The notes beneath the pieces were generated by a model. That model made no database searches and was not told the origin of the DNA. It was given only the letters and a program-made list of their open reading frames with translations. From a virus (lineage: Duplodnaviria; Caudoviricetes), in the IMG/VR virus record IMGVR_UViG_3300033141_001330, positions 1-35,729 of that record: 35,729 nucleotides of DNA. One strand, written 5' to 3'. Shown here piece by piece: positions 16,776 to 26,138 of the stretch. Every line of letters starts with the position of its first letter. Position 1 is the first letter of the stretch. The position numbers and the translations under genes are program-made.

Positions 16776-16844
16776 TGCTTCTATAATTCTTCAAATAAAT
16801 ATCAACTTCAATTTACCATAAAAATCTTACTGAAAAAAAACTCT

Positions 16845-17170
16845 GTATAAAGAAATTTATACGACTGGAGAGGTTATAGAGTGTCCTCAGACCGATGGCT
16901 CGTATGTTGAGCGAAGAAATGATATATACTCCTAAACAGGCGACATTTAGTTGTGTGCTGTAGGTAATACAAGGGAATGGCATCCGCCTTGTTAAATGTG
17001 TATATTCCTAGCGTGTAATAAGTGCTAGGGTATGTGTAAGCAAACGACGGCTCCGAAGTCATTTTTGTTGCATACTTTTATGAGAAATATATCTAATCGT
17101 ATTTTTTCTCAGGATATTTGTATGCTTCGCTTCACTCCTTCCTAAGTCATATTACTTTAAGAGAGTAATT
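16845..17170 (+). ncRNA. Candidate multi-hairpin structured RNA (or structured origin) of unknown family
   Basis: About nine consecutive stems, a GAAA tetraloop, G-U pairs favouring the + strand, and long-range GCGAAG/CTTCGC pairing; no credible ORF. Confidence 0.55.
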
Positions 17171-17191
17171 AATATATAAAGAGAGAATGAG

Positions 17192-17680
17192 ATGAAATAT
17201 GAAGAATTAGAAAAAAAGATGATGGAAGAAATTAATGCAACTATAGAGAATAATAAAAAACTCTATAGTGATGGTGTTAAAGGTGCAGAAAACTACGATA
17301 CCGAGTTAATGAAAGATATTAGTGATTGGAATAATACATCTTCTTTACAAAGTAGTGATAACTTTAATGAAGTATTAGAAACTATTGACAGAATGAAAAA
17401 TAAAATAGCAGACCATCAAGTTTGTAAATATGGTGATGCTGATTTAGAAACAGAAGATAGAGATTACGCGTCATTTACATATAGATTATATATTTATGAG
17501 CCGATTGACAGTTTATCTGATTTAGAGGATTATCAAAAACATCAAGTGCTAAGAAACAAAATGGCGGGCATATTAAAAGTTCCAGATTATAGATATGTGA
17601 AATGTGAAATAGTGAAATTATATAAAGAGGATATTATCACATTAGAGCAACTAAAAGAAGCTCATCATGGAAAATGTTAA
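17192..17680 (+). CDS. Hypothetical protein
   Basis: 162-aa ORF directly after the structured region; no motif recognised. Confidence 0.75.
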   Translation: MKYEELEKKMMEEINATIENNKKLYSDGVKGAENYDTELMKDISDWNNTSSLQSSDNFNEVLETIDRMKNKIADHQVCKYGDADLETEDRDYASFTYRLYIYEPIDSLSDLEDYQKHQVLRNKMAGILKVPDYRYVKCEIVKLYKEDIITLEQLKEAHHGKC

Positions 17681-17756
17681 TGACTGCTATCGAAAATGAT
17701 GTAGAGTTAAAAAATTAATTAGTCAGTAAAGAGATTAGTTATTAAATGATAAGGGA

Positions 17757-18113
17757 ATGAAGATGATAAGTAAAGAATTGTTAAGTGAGGTTTTGGGCGA
17801 AACAGTCATAAGCGTAAGTGAAGGAGTTTATTCTGAAAATAAAATATGCTACACATTGTCAAAACTAGGAACGAATGTTTTTAGAGATGATAACATCCAC
17901 GAACTAGCTCATAAGTGTAAAGAGTGGGCTTGGTTCAATCATCCAATATCAGGTTCTAATTATCTACTGCCCTCAACAAAAGAACATGATTACGATACCA
18001 ATAATAGATGGGTATGCCACGTTAATAGTCAAATAAGGTTGAGAGCAAACACAGAGCCAGAAGCAATCTTCAAAGCTTGTGAATGGATATTAAATGACAC
18101 CTCAACAACGTAA
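17757..18113 (+). CDS. Hypothetical phage protein (possibly ABA-sandwich/DUF2591-like)
   Basis: NIHELAHKCKEWA and ANTEPEAIFKACEWIL motifs. Confidence 0.6.
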   Translation: MKMISKELLSEVLGETVISVSEGVYSENKICYTLSKLGTNVFRDDNIHELAHKCKEWAWFNHPISGSNYLLPSTKEHDYDTNNRWVCHVNSQIRLRANTEPEAIFKACEWILNDTSTT

Positions 18114-18203
18114 AAAACAAAGTCGACTTAAAAAAGTCCAAAAGATGAACAGATATAGAATAAAAGTTCATCAAGAGTATGTTAGATCACAAAGGAGTGA
18201 GGG

Positions 18204-18503
18204 ATGAAATTTAAATCAATGTATAGAGATGAAGAATTTGCATTATCAAATTGCCCGTTTTGCGATGCAGTGCCAAAAATAAAACATATTGGAAATGTTC
18301 ACACAAAAAAATCTATTGAAATTAGATGTTCCGCGTGTTCCATCTTAATGAAAAATAGTGCTATCCATAGAAGCATGGATTGGCTCGAAGATATTTCCGT
18401 TTCCCAATGGAACAATAGAGTAAACACAAAACAGTTAGAAGAAGCTAAAGCTCAAGGTTTTAGAGATGCTATTAAAGAGATGGGGAAAGTGAAAGGATTG
18501 TAG
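18204..18503 (+). CDS. Lar-family (restriction alleviation-like) zinc-finger protein
   Basis: LSNCPFC...IRCSAC...WNNR signature. Confidence 0.75.
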   Translation: MKFKSMYRDEEFALSNCPFCDAVPKIKHIGNVHTKKSIEIRCSACSILMKNSAIHRSMDWLEDISVSQWNNRVNTKQLEEAKAQGFRDAIKEMGKVKGL

Positions 18504-18692
18504 ATGAATAATGATATGATGTGTTTTATGGGAAAAACAATAGAAGAGATAACAAAAGAGGAACTTTGGGAGGCTTTAGGTCTAGCACATAAAAAGATTG
18601 AGCGGTTAGAAAAAAAAGAGTTTGATAATGAAATGGTAAAGTTTTTTGAGAAGACTGAAAAAGTTAGTTTTTTAAAAAGGTTGTTTGGATGA
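18504..18692 (+). CDS. Hypothetical protein
   Basis: AAGGA RBS; abuts the upstream stop. Confidence 0.6.
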   Translation: MNNDMMCFMGKTIEEITKEELWEALGLAHKKIERLEKKEFDNEMVKFFEKTEKVSFLKRLFG

Positions 18693-18832
18693 AATGGAAA
18701 AGTAAAGATTTAATCTATAGTTATATGCTGCTTGCTGGGGCAGGTGCTGTTGTTGCAAGTTCTGTGTTTTGTTTGGTGAGGTATTGGGATAATGGGAGAG
18801 TGATTTCGCTTTTTATGCTTTAGAGCAACGGG

Positions 18833-19393
18833 CTAAACCGTTAAAGCTCTATTTTTCCATCCGTTTCTAAACATAGCGAAAGATGGTTTCTTTTTTATAA
18901 TATCTTCATAATATTGCAATTCCAGATCATCAAATTGCATATCAAATAAATCTTCATCAAATTCATTTATTGCTTTTATTGATTGATTTCCAATTATTCC
19001 ATCTGTTACAACACCAACTAACTTTTGTGTTTTTCTTGCTGCAGTTCTCATTCCAACATTAACACCAAAGATAAATATTTCATCAGCTTTTTTTTGTGAA
19101 TTTATTTCACTTAATTTTGCTCTATTCCAAAATGAATATCTATAAAATTCTACTACAAGATTATCAAGTATTGTGTTATTGTTTAGTGATATTGATGTTG
19201 CTCTTATATCCTGGTTATTTTCATATAGAGCATTTTCTATAATTTCCCAACCATCCCATTTAGGATGAGCAGTTTGATATATACCCTTGTATGTTAAACC
19301 ATTTTCACCTGGATTTTTATGAAGTGCATTTGCAGGGTTTGAAAATTCTAATTTAAAAAGTATGTCTAGTGATTTTTTTAAATCTGCACTCAT
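18833..19393 (-). CDS. Endolysin (GH108-like with PG-binding C-terminus)
   Basis: KLEF..GLTYKGI, FYRYSFW, FGVNVG, DGIIGNQSIKAIN, FRNGWKNRA. Confidence 0.85.
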   Translation of the reverse strand: MSADLKKSLDILFKLEFSNPANALHKNPGENGLTYKGIYQTAHPKWDGWEIIENALYENNQDIRATSISLNNNTILDNLVVEFYRYSFWNRAKLSEINSQKKADEIFIFGVNVGMRTAARKTQKLVGVVTDGIIGNQSIKAINEFDEDLFDMQFDDLELQYYEDIIKKKPSFAMFRNGWKNRALTV

Positions 19394-19908
19394 TGCTTTC
19401 CCAACTTATTCATGTTTTTCATATGTTCTGTTTTATCCTTTGATCCCTGTGTTGAACCTCTATGAAAATTAATAATTGTTCCGCTTAAAGTCATTAACGA
19501 ACCAAACATCATATATGCTAGTTCTTGATTTGATTCTGGTATATCTAATAAAAATAGCATTAATCCAACAAGAATAGTAGCACCTATTATTGCAAAATCA
19601 ATATAATATGCTGCATTTTTTGCAAGACTTGATGCGTGTTCTGATTTTTGAACTTCTACATTCATATTTCTTGCAGAATCTGTATTTTCATAAGATAGCT
19701 TCAACGCTTCAAAATCAAGTGCTTTTAGTTTATATTCTGCTGCTTTAATTTTTGCAACATCTTCTGGTGTTAATTTAACTTTCTTTGATAAATCAATTCC
19801 TGTAACTTTTTCAATTCCTGCTTTTACAAGATCTTCACCATTATCTGTTATTAAATCTTTCACAAAGTCTATTCCTAAACCTGCTAACATTGGTAAAAAT
19901 GGTATCAT
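19390..19908 (-). CDS. Putative holin-like membrane protein
   Basis: DSARNM motif, two C-terminal TM helices, NFHRGSTQGSKDK; coupled to the endolysin. Confidence 0.65.
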   Translation of the reverse strand: MIPFLPMLAGLGIDFVKDLITDNGEDLVKAGIEKVTGIDLSKKVKLTPEDVAKIKAAEYKLKALDFEALKLSYENTDSARNMNVEVQKSEHASSLAKNAAYYIDFAIIGATILVGLMLFLLDIPESNQELAYMMFGSLMTLSGTIINFHRGSTQGSKDKTEHMKNMNKLGKQ

Positions 19909-19978
19909 ATTTTATCCTTATCTTTTTGGTTTTGGTAGTATTTTTTTTGAGCTTTTTTTTCTTTTTGGCTTGATCATA

Positions 19979-20464
19979 TTATAATCCTTTATCCTTAATT
20001 TTTTTCATTTGCATCTCTAATGTATTTAATCGCCCTTGCGTTTCGGTTATTTGCTTGGGCAAGTTCTCTTGAAATATTATCCATTGTAGTGTTTCTTCAT
20101 TGCTTCCCACACTTTTTGCTAAACCTGATAATTCTATTCTGGTAAGTTGGTTCTGGTTAGCGTTCTCCATAGTATTACTCTGTATCGTGGCTAGTGTTCG
20201 CGACACCTGTGTTAATGCCGTTATAACGGGCGCATTTGCTGAATTAGTCATATAAATCATACTTCCAAATATTAAAGCAAGTATGCTGAGTATAGATAAA
20301 GCAATGCCTATATACCCTGCAACTCCAATCGGTTTGGGTTGGTTTTTTTCAATATAATCATCAAGCTTTTTAAATAGCGTCTTTACCAGAGTGTTTAGTG
20401 TGTGAATTTCTGACTTTATCGAGCCTAAGTCGTGAGCTTGTTCTATTTCATCACCGTTTGGCAT
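19979..20464 (-). CDS. Single-TM coiled-coil protein of the lysis region
   Basis: One hydrophobic helix flanked by coiled coils. Confidence 0.6.
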   Translation of the reverse strand: MPNGDEIEQAHDLGSIKSEIHTLNTLVKTLFKKLDDYIEKNQPKPIGVAGYIGIALSILSILALIFGSMIYMTNSANAPVITALTQVSRTLATIQSNTMENANQNQLTRIELSGLAKSVGSNEETLQWIIFQENLPKQITETQGRLNTLEMQMKKIKDKGL

Positions 20465-20479
20465 ATTAGCATCCTACTT

Positions 20480-21070
20480 TTATTTAAATTTTCCCGCCAC
20501 TGTAAATCTACCATTATTGTTTATATTCCACCCAAAGTAAATAGTTAGTGGGATTCCTAATGGTTTTTTTGCCATACTAAATAAAAATCTATTTTGGCTT
20601 TTTGCTGTTTTGTAAAAAACTAATTGATAACCATCGTCTCCATTTGAGCATCTTAACTTTCTATTCCATTCGTATTTACCAAATACAACTTCGTGGTTTA
20701 TTATTTCTGAAGTGTTGCTTAGATAATTATAATTTATGTTATACATTGGATTTCTCCAAGCACTCCATCTGTAAGCACAAATAAATCTATTTAGCCTAGA
20801 AGCGTAATCACATTCACAATTACAATAATCTCTTTGAAACCATTTAGCACCTTGAGGTGGTTGATCATCATCATAGTGTAACCATAAGAACCACTTAATT
20901 GGATTTTTAAATATGTTTTCCGGTCTCGTGTATGATTTTCTGACCACTCCCATCATAACCCATTCGTATGCTAAATATGGAATAGGATAGAATAGTTTAG
21001 TCCACAATCCTTTTGTTATTAAAAGTATTAAAAACCATAAAGATAAAAAGATTGCTTGAGTTTTTTTCAT
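20480..21070 (-). CDS. Hypothetical Trp-rich membrane-associated phage protein
   Basis: N-terminal TM, WFLWL.YDDD, W.AWRNP and YFGW motifs; between tail and lysis genes. Confidence 0.65.
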   Translation of the reverse strand: MKKTQAIFLSLWFLILLITKGLWTKLFYPIPYLAYEWVMMGVVRKSYTRPENIFKNPIKWFLWLHYDDDQPPQGAKWFQRDYCNCECDYASRLNRFICAYRWSAWRNPMYNINYNYLSNTSEIINHEVVFGKYEWNRKLRCSNGDDGYQLVFYKTAKSQNRFLFSMAKKPLGIPLTIYFGWNINNNGRFTVAGKFK

Positions 21071-21071
21071 A

Positions 21072-21392
21072 TCAAACTGCTATTGTTTCTCGTTCTGCTC
21101 TAAGCGTTATAGCCTCATCATCTAGCTCTGTAAGTTTTGTATCATCTTGAGAGTTACCGCGCCCATTAGATTTGCTTCTGAGGCTTCTTATACTAAGCCT
21201 ATCAATCTCATCTAAGCGTATATCTATTTCTAAAATTCTAGCGTTTGCTATTTCCTCTGGTGTTTGATACGACAAACCATCTATTAACTCTTGTGGCTCA
21301 TTTCCTAGCGTGTACTCTGTAAAATCGCTTGGTGTTGTATTGCCACTTCCTGCTTGTGCTTTACCATCTACTATTTTGTAAAAATATTTCAT
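21072..21392 (-). CDS. Tail-fibre-associated protein (assembly/chaperone-like)
   Basis: Start MKYFYK coupled to the fibre stop; LDEIDRLSIRSLR...LRAER helical motif. Confidence 0.6.
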   Translation of the reverse strand: MKYFYKIVDGKAQAGSGNTTPSDFTEYTLGNEPQELIDGLSYQTPEEIANARILEIDIRLDEIDRLSIRSLRSKSNGRGNSQDDTKLTELDDEAITLRAERETIAV

Positions 21393-22597
21393 TATGATCT
21401 CCCTCCAAAAAATACTACACCACAATCAATCGCATCCACTAGTGTGCTTCCTACATTCATTACTCTTATTTGATATGATCCAACTGCTTTTGATGCTGTA
21501 ACACCCCCAGCAATTGCCGGAGAACTAGCAGCGTATGCACCATTTGAAGCAACTCCGTAAGTTATATCATCCATTGCTACCGCAAAAGTTATATCATAAA
21601 CCCCTGTCGAAGCTCTAACCACACTTGCAACATTATAGCTATCTAAAATTACTGCTGTTCCTGTATCCTCGAAACTAACCCACGCTGAAGCTTGATTTTG
21701 TATCCACTCTCCAGCGTTATTGTTAAGTATTTCTACGTCTGCGGCTTGACCTGCATAATCTTCGTCTGCTGTGTTTAGTCTAGTGTCTGCTCCGGAAGTA
21801 TTGGCTATAACAAAAGCGGTTGTGGCAATCTGTGTAGTATCTGTCCCAAAACCTGCTGTTGGTGCTGCTGGTACTCCTGTAAATGTTGGACTTGCTAAAT
21901 TAGATTTTAAATCAAGTGCTGTTTGCTGTGCGGTACTTACTGGTTTATCAGCATCTGATGTATTATCAGCATTGCCCAAACCCACCATTGCTTTTGTTAT
22001 ACCGCCAACTGTTCCAGTAAATGTAGGATCAGCAATAGGAGCTTTTAAATCTGTATCACTTTGTTTTGTTAAAGGGATTCCGCCTGCGGTTGAGCCATCG
22101 TGAACAACTGCTGTGTTTTTGTCTGTGTCAACAGTAACCTCTCCCTCTGCCCCTGTAAAAGTTGCGTGATTAGCGGTTGTGTCACTTCTTAACTGTAGTT
22201 GATTGCCTGTCGCAATGTCTCCTAAATCAAGACTTGACCTTGCTTCCCATTCTTCGCTTGTACCATTAAAGATAAAGAAATCGCCATCGGCTTTCCCTGT
22301 TGTATCAACGTCTTCTAAATCATCTAAAACAACTACACCAAGTTTGACATAAGCACTTCCATTCCAGTTGTATATAAGATTAGTGTCTGTAGCGATATAG
22401 ATTTTTTCAGTCTCTCCTGTTGCTGGGAATGAAGCAAAATCTGCATATTCCTTTATATTATCTATATTGTCTTGGATATACTCCAATAATACTGAGACTG
22501 ATAACTTTCTTGTGTCTCCGTTTCCTGTAGCCCATAGTGCGAATAAATCGCCTCCTGCTACCGTGTCTATTGCTGATAACTGGTTTATTTGTGACAT
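21392..22597 (-). CDS. Tail fibre / receptor-binding protein (modular)
   Basis: N-terminal anchor; FPATGE..IYIA segment; Mtd-N-like QLQLR..GAEGEVTVDTDK..HDG; KAPIADPTFTG and VGLGNADNTSDADKPVSTAQQTAL repeats; C-terminal AWVSF..SYNV domain. At the P22 gp9 position. Confidence 0.85.
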   Translation of the reverse strand: MSQINQLSAIDTVAGGDLFALWATGNGDTRKLSVSVLLEYIQDNIDNIKEYADFASFPATGETEKIYIATDTNLIYNWNGSAYVKLGVVVLDDLEDVDTTGKADGDFFIFNGTSEEWEARSSLDLGDIATGNQLQLRSDTTANHATFTGAEGEVTVDTDKNTAVVHDGSTAGGIPLTKQSDTDLKAPIADPTFTGTVGGITKAMVGLGNADNTSDADKPVSTAQQTALDLKSNLASPTFTGVPAAPTAGFGTDTTQIATTAFVIANTSGADTRLNTADEDYAGQAADVEILNNNAGEWIQNQASAWVSFEDTGTAVILDSYNVASVVRASTGVYDITFAVAMDDITYGVASNGAYAASSPAIAGGVTASKAVGSYQIRVMNVGSTLVDAIDCGVVFFGGRS

Positions 22598-22637
22598 TTT
22601 ATTTCCTTTGTGTTGGTTTTACTATAAACTAGTGTTC

Positions 22638-25600
22638 TCATTGGTTATTATCCTCTTTATCAAATAGTGGAATTAGTCCTAGTGAAGCACCACCATATAT
22701 GTAATTGCTTTTACCTAATGAACTTCTTTTAATTGCGCTATTTGTTGTTTCATTTTTTCTCTGCCTTACCATATTAACCTTTATGCCTTTTTCGTTAAGC
22801 ATTTTTGTAACCTCGTCATATTGGTTATCCGGAACAATAATTCTATCTAAATCATCTATTGGTACTAAATCTACTTTTTTTACTTCCATATAGTCAGCAG
22901 GTGGTTGCTCACCCTTTTTAAGTGATTTCTCTACTTCTTGATAAAATTTATCTTTATCTTTGAATGTTTTTAGTTCTTGCCCTCTTTTTGAAACATCTTC
23001 AAGATTAAAGTATCGCTTATACTTATCAATGTAACTTGGAGTGAAAGCATTTTCGAGACCTCTTATATCTCCGCCATTGTCTTTGATTTGTTTTTTCATT
23101 AAAGAAATTTTCTTTTTAAGGCTAGGGCTTTCTTCTATAAATATTTGATTTGTTGCCATCATTATTAAATCGTCAGCATCTCTGTTTGTTTTGTTTGCCC
23201 AATCTTCAAACCATCCATAAGACTTTTGGTCGTTACTAACAAAACTGTAAAAATCACTCGAATTATCTTGCTCTTTGGCAATATTTTTTAGTTTTGGAAG
23301 TCTGTCAAAAACTGGTGCTTTCAAATCAATGCTTTCAAAATAATCACTTTCGTCAAATTTTATCCTTGGCGCCCAAGCATCACCGCCAAAAACAAAAGCT
23401 CCTTTTTTTGGATCAATATGTTTTTCTTTTGGTATCATAATAATATCACCAAATTGTTCAGAAGCTTTAGAGTTTTTTTGAAGTGCGAATGATGGAGCAG
23501 GTAACACACCTTCGTCTATCATTTTTGATACGTTTTCAATGTTTGTTCTGTGTGTTGCATATAATTTTGCAGGAAGCTTGGCTTTTGCTTGTTCTACGAT
23601 ATTCTGCTTACCTGTGATATAACTAAACTTAGGATTACGCTCTAATTCATCCAATACTCTGCCAACATAGCCTTTAAACTCTTTTTGAATAGTAGGACTC
23701 TTTGCAATCTTTTTAAGTGCTGTGTAGCCTGCTGCTCCTAAGACAAAATTCGCTGGATTTATTGTTATATTTCCGTTTTCATCTTCTTCAACACCGGCGA
23801 TTGTTCCTGCGATTATTTCTGGTCCACCTTTAGCGAACATTGTTTCTGCTTCTCGTGCCATTTCTTCAGCATCAATGCGGTCAAGTTCGTCAATGTCTGC
23901 TTGACTCATTCCTTTATATTTATCTGTATCATCTAAATTCTTTTTAAATAAACCGATAACACTTTCTTTTGCTTCTTCTTCACTTCCACCGATTTTAGGA
24001 ACTGCCATATCTTGAACTTTTTTTGCTTGTTCACTAAGTTCTCTGGCTTTTACTTTCTTTATGTAGTCTTGCTTTAAAACTTCTTCTCGAGGCTTAATCA
24101 CCTCAGTTGATGGTGGATATTCCGGCACTTGTCTAAAGTCCGGTGTTGCTGTCGGCTCAACTACTGGAGTGATTGTTTCTTTTCTAAACTCTTCTGGTAC
24201 TTTTGGATATACTGGTTTAGTAAATTCATCAACTGCTTGTCTTGGTGTCATTCCTTTTTGCTTAGAAACTTTTACAAATGCTGGTGATGCCATAAAAGCA
24301 TTGATTGTTTTGCTTGATGGACCATCGACTTTAATTGCTGCATCTGCCACCATATCTTTAAAAGCTGGACTTCTGAACATTTTACTTACTGCTTCAATTC
24401 TATCTTTTGGAGTCATTAGTAAACCATCTAGCTTTACATCTATTCCAATCTTTTTAGGAACTTTCTCTAATGCAAATCTTATTGCTTTTGTTATCAATCC
24501 CTCTGCTTGAAGCGACTCTAAAACAGGCTGCATTGCTCTACCCGTCTTGATTAAGTTGCCTCTAGCTTCTGTAACTGCTTTAGATACTTTGTATAAATCT
24601 CCAAGTAATTGATGTTTGTCTTTTCCAACTGCTCCGATAAATTTATTATATATTGGTGGATTATCTCTTAATCCTTTGTAAACTTTTGTGAACTTTGCAA
24701 AATCAAACGGTATGTTTTCAGTACCTTTAACCATATCAGCAAGTGCTGTACTCATTACCTCTTTGTGCATATCTTGTGGAACTGCATCTAAGAGTTTATT
24801 CATCGCTGAAATATTACCTTTTGTTCCTAGATTGATTGAACGTGTCATTAAATCAGCAATTGAACCTGCTGTTTCTTTTCCAAAAGTTGATGTAATACTG
24901 TCTTCAAGTGCTTTTTTCTTTCCGAATAATCTATCAGCATTTTTTAGCAAATCTCTTGTGTTTGTTCCTGCAAGTCTTTCAACGTTTATGAGTTGATCTT
25001 CTTTAATAGCTCCATAAAGTTTACCAAGCAATGCACTATCTGCATCTTTATATGGTCCTGACTTCATAGCCTTGCCCGTTGCTTGTCCAATTAATCTGCG
25101 TTCTCTTTCAAGTGCTGCATAAGTAAGATTATCTTGAGAAAGTAAGCTTAAAAGCTTCTTCTCTTGAGTTGACAGTAATGCTGTGTTATCTCCAAGTTCT
25201 TGAAGTGTTTTATTTATTACTTCTCTTGAATTTGGCATATTTACCAAACTAGATGGCGGTATTTGTCCTTTCACATTATTATAAATCTTTGAAGCTTCTA
25301 TACCTAAATCATCTCTAGTTGCTTTTAGTTTTTGTAATACATCATCAGAAACAGTTGCTACGCTTTCCGCTCTACTAAGTTCATCCATTGTTCTATCTGC
25401 TGACTTTGCAGCTTTACGAATTGTGTTTGCAAATATTGCCTCTTCTTCTCCGACTTGTGAACGTGCAAGACCTGCTGTTTTTTGTATCTCTATACCTTTT
25501 TCACCAGTAGCCCATACATCAGCGGGTAAATCAATATCAAGTCTATCTGCCGCTTCCATTGCTGTTTTATCTGCTCCAGCTCTTTTTGCAAGTTCTCTAA

Positions 25601-26138
25601 TAGCTGCTTTATCTTTTGATGCTGCTTTGCTTGTGAGTTTTCCTAGTGGCATTTTTCTGTATCTTACTCGCTTTAAAAGTTTTCCGGCTTTATATGCTGC
25701 TCCTGCTGTTCCGATTGCTCCAACAACTGCTGCAGCTTTTCCTACTGGTGTTATATCGAAAACAATATCACTCATTTCTTCGAGTGGCTTGTCTCCTAGT
25801 TGCTCATTTAAAGCCTTTTGGTATATTTCTTTTTGCACTTCTGCTGGGGTTTTTCTTTGCCCTGCAATTGCTTCCCCAAAAGATAAATATTCATCAATTT
25901 GCTGTCCATACGTTTCTATTTCTTCATAGCTTTGTGGCTCTGGAAGTTCTCCGCGAATACCTTTTACAATTTCCTGCATCGTTTCTTGATGCTCTGTCAT
26001 TTCTGATTCAGGAACAGATTGCTCAAACATTGAAGCTAAGTCTTGTTGAGGTGCAGTTTTCACTTCCACTTCTGTTTCTTGAACTTCAACTTGTGGTGCT
26101 GATTGGTTAAAGGTTGCTTCTAATTCTTGTTGTGTCAT
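22638..26138 (-). CDS. Large ejection (DNA transfer) protein, gp16 position, with C-terminal ART-like domain
   Basis: 1166 aa, helical and Ala/Lys-rich; third of three ejection genes; C-terminal YATHRT..NV..MI..G.LPAPS...YMEVK. Confidence 0.75.
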   Translation of the reverse strand: MTQQELEATFNQSAPQVEVQETEVEVKTAPQQDLASMFEQSVPESEMTEHQETMQEIVKGIRGELPEPQSYEEIETYGQQIDEYLSFGEAIAGQRKTPAEVQKEIYQKALNEQLGDKPLEEMSDIVFDITPVGKAAAVVGAIGTAGAAYKAGKLLKRVRYRKMPLGKLTSKAASKDKAAIRELAKRAGADKTAMEAADRLDIDLPADVWATGEKGIEIQKTAGLARSQVGEEEAIFANTIRKAAKSADRTMDELSRAESVATVSDDVLQKLKATRDDLGIEASKIYNNVKGQIPPSSLVNMPNSREVINKTLQELGDNTALLSTQEKKLLSLLSQDNLTYAALERERRLIGQATGKAMKSGPYKDADSALLGKLYGAIKEDQLINVERLAGTNTRDLLKNADRLFGKKKALEDSITSTFGKETAGSIADLMTRSINLGTKGNISAMNKLLDAVPQDMHKEVMSTALADMVKGTENIPFDFAKFTKVYKGLRDNPPIYNKFIGAVGKDKHQLLGDLYKVSKAVTEARGNLIKTGRAMQPVLESLQAEGLITKAIRFALEKVPKKIGIDVKLDGLLMTPKDRIEAVSKMFRSPAFKDMVADAAIKVDGPSSKTINAFMASPAFVKVSKQKGMTPRQAVDEFTKPVYPKVPEEFRKETITPVVEPTATPDFRQVPEYPPSTEVIKPREEVLKQDYIKKVKARELSEQAKKVQDMAVPKIGGSEEEAKESVIGLFKKNLDDTDKYKGMSQADIDELDRIDAEEMAREAETMFAKGGPEIIAGTIAGVEEDENGNITINPANFVLGAAGYTALKKIAKSPTIQKEFKGYVGRVLDELERNPKFSYITGKQNIVEQAKAKLPAKLYATHRTNIENVSKMIDEGVLPAPSFALQKNSKASEQFGDIIMIPKEKHIDPKKGAFVFGGDAWAPRIKFDESDYFESIDLKAPVFDRLPKLKNIAKEQDNSSDFYSFVSNDQKSYGWFEDWANKTNRDADDLIMMATNQIFIEESPSLKKKISLMKKQIKDNGGDIRGLENAFTPSYIDKYKRYFNLEDVSKRGQELKTFKDKDKFYQEVEKSLKKGEQPPADYMEVKKVDLVPIDDLDRIIVPDNQYDEVTKMLNEKGIKVNMVRQRKNETTNSAIKRSSLGKSNYIYGGASLGLIPLFDKEDNNQ

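Noticed and set aside
16874-17062. 62-aa minus-strand ORF
   Set aside because: No RBS, against the local gene direction, and lies within the structured element.
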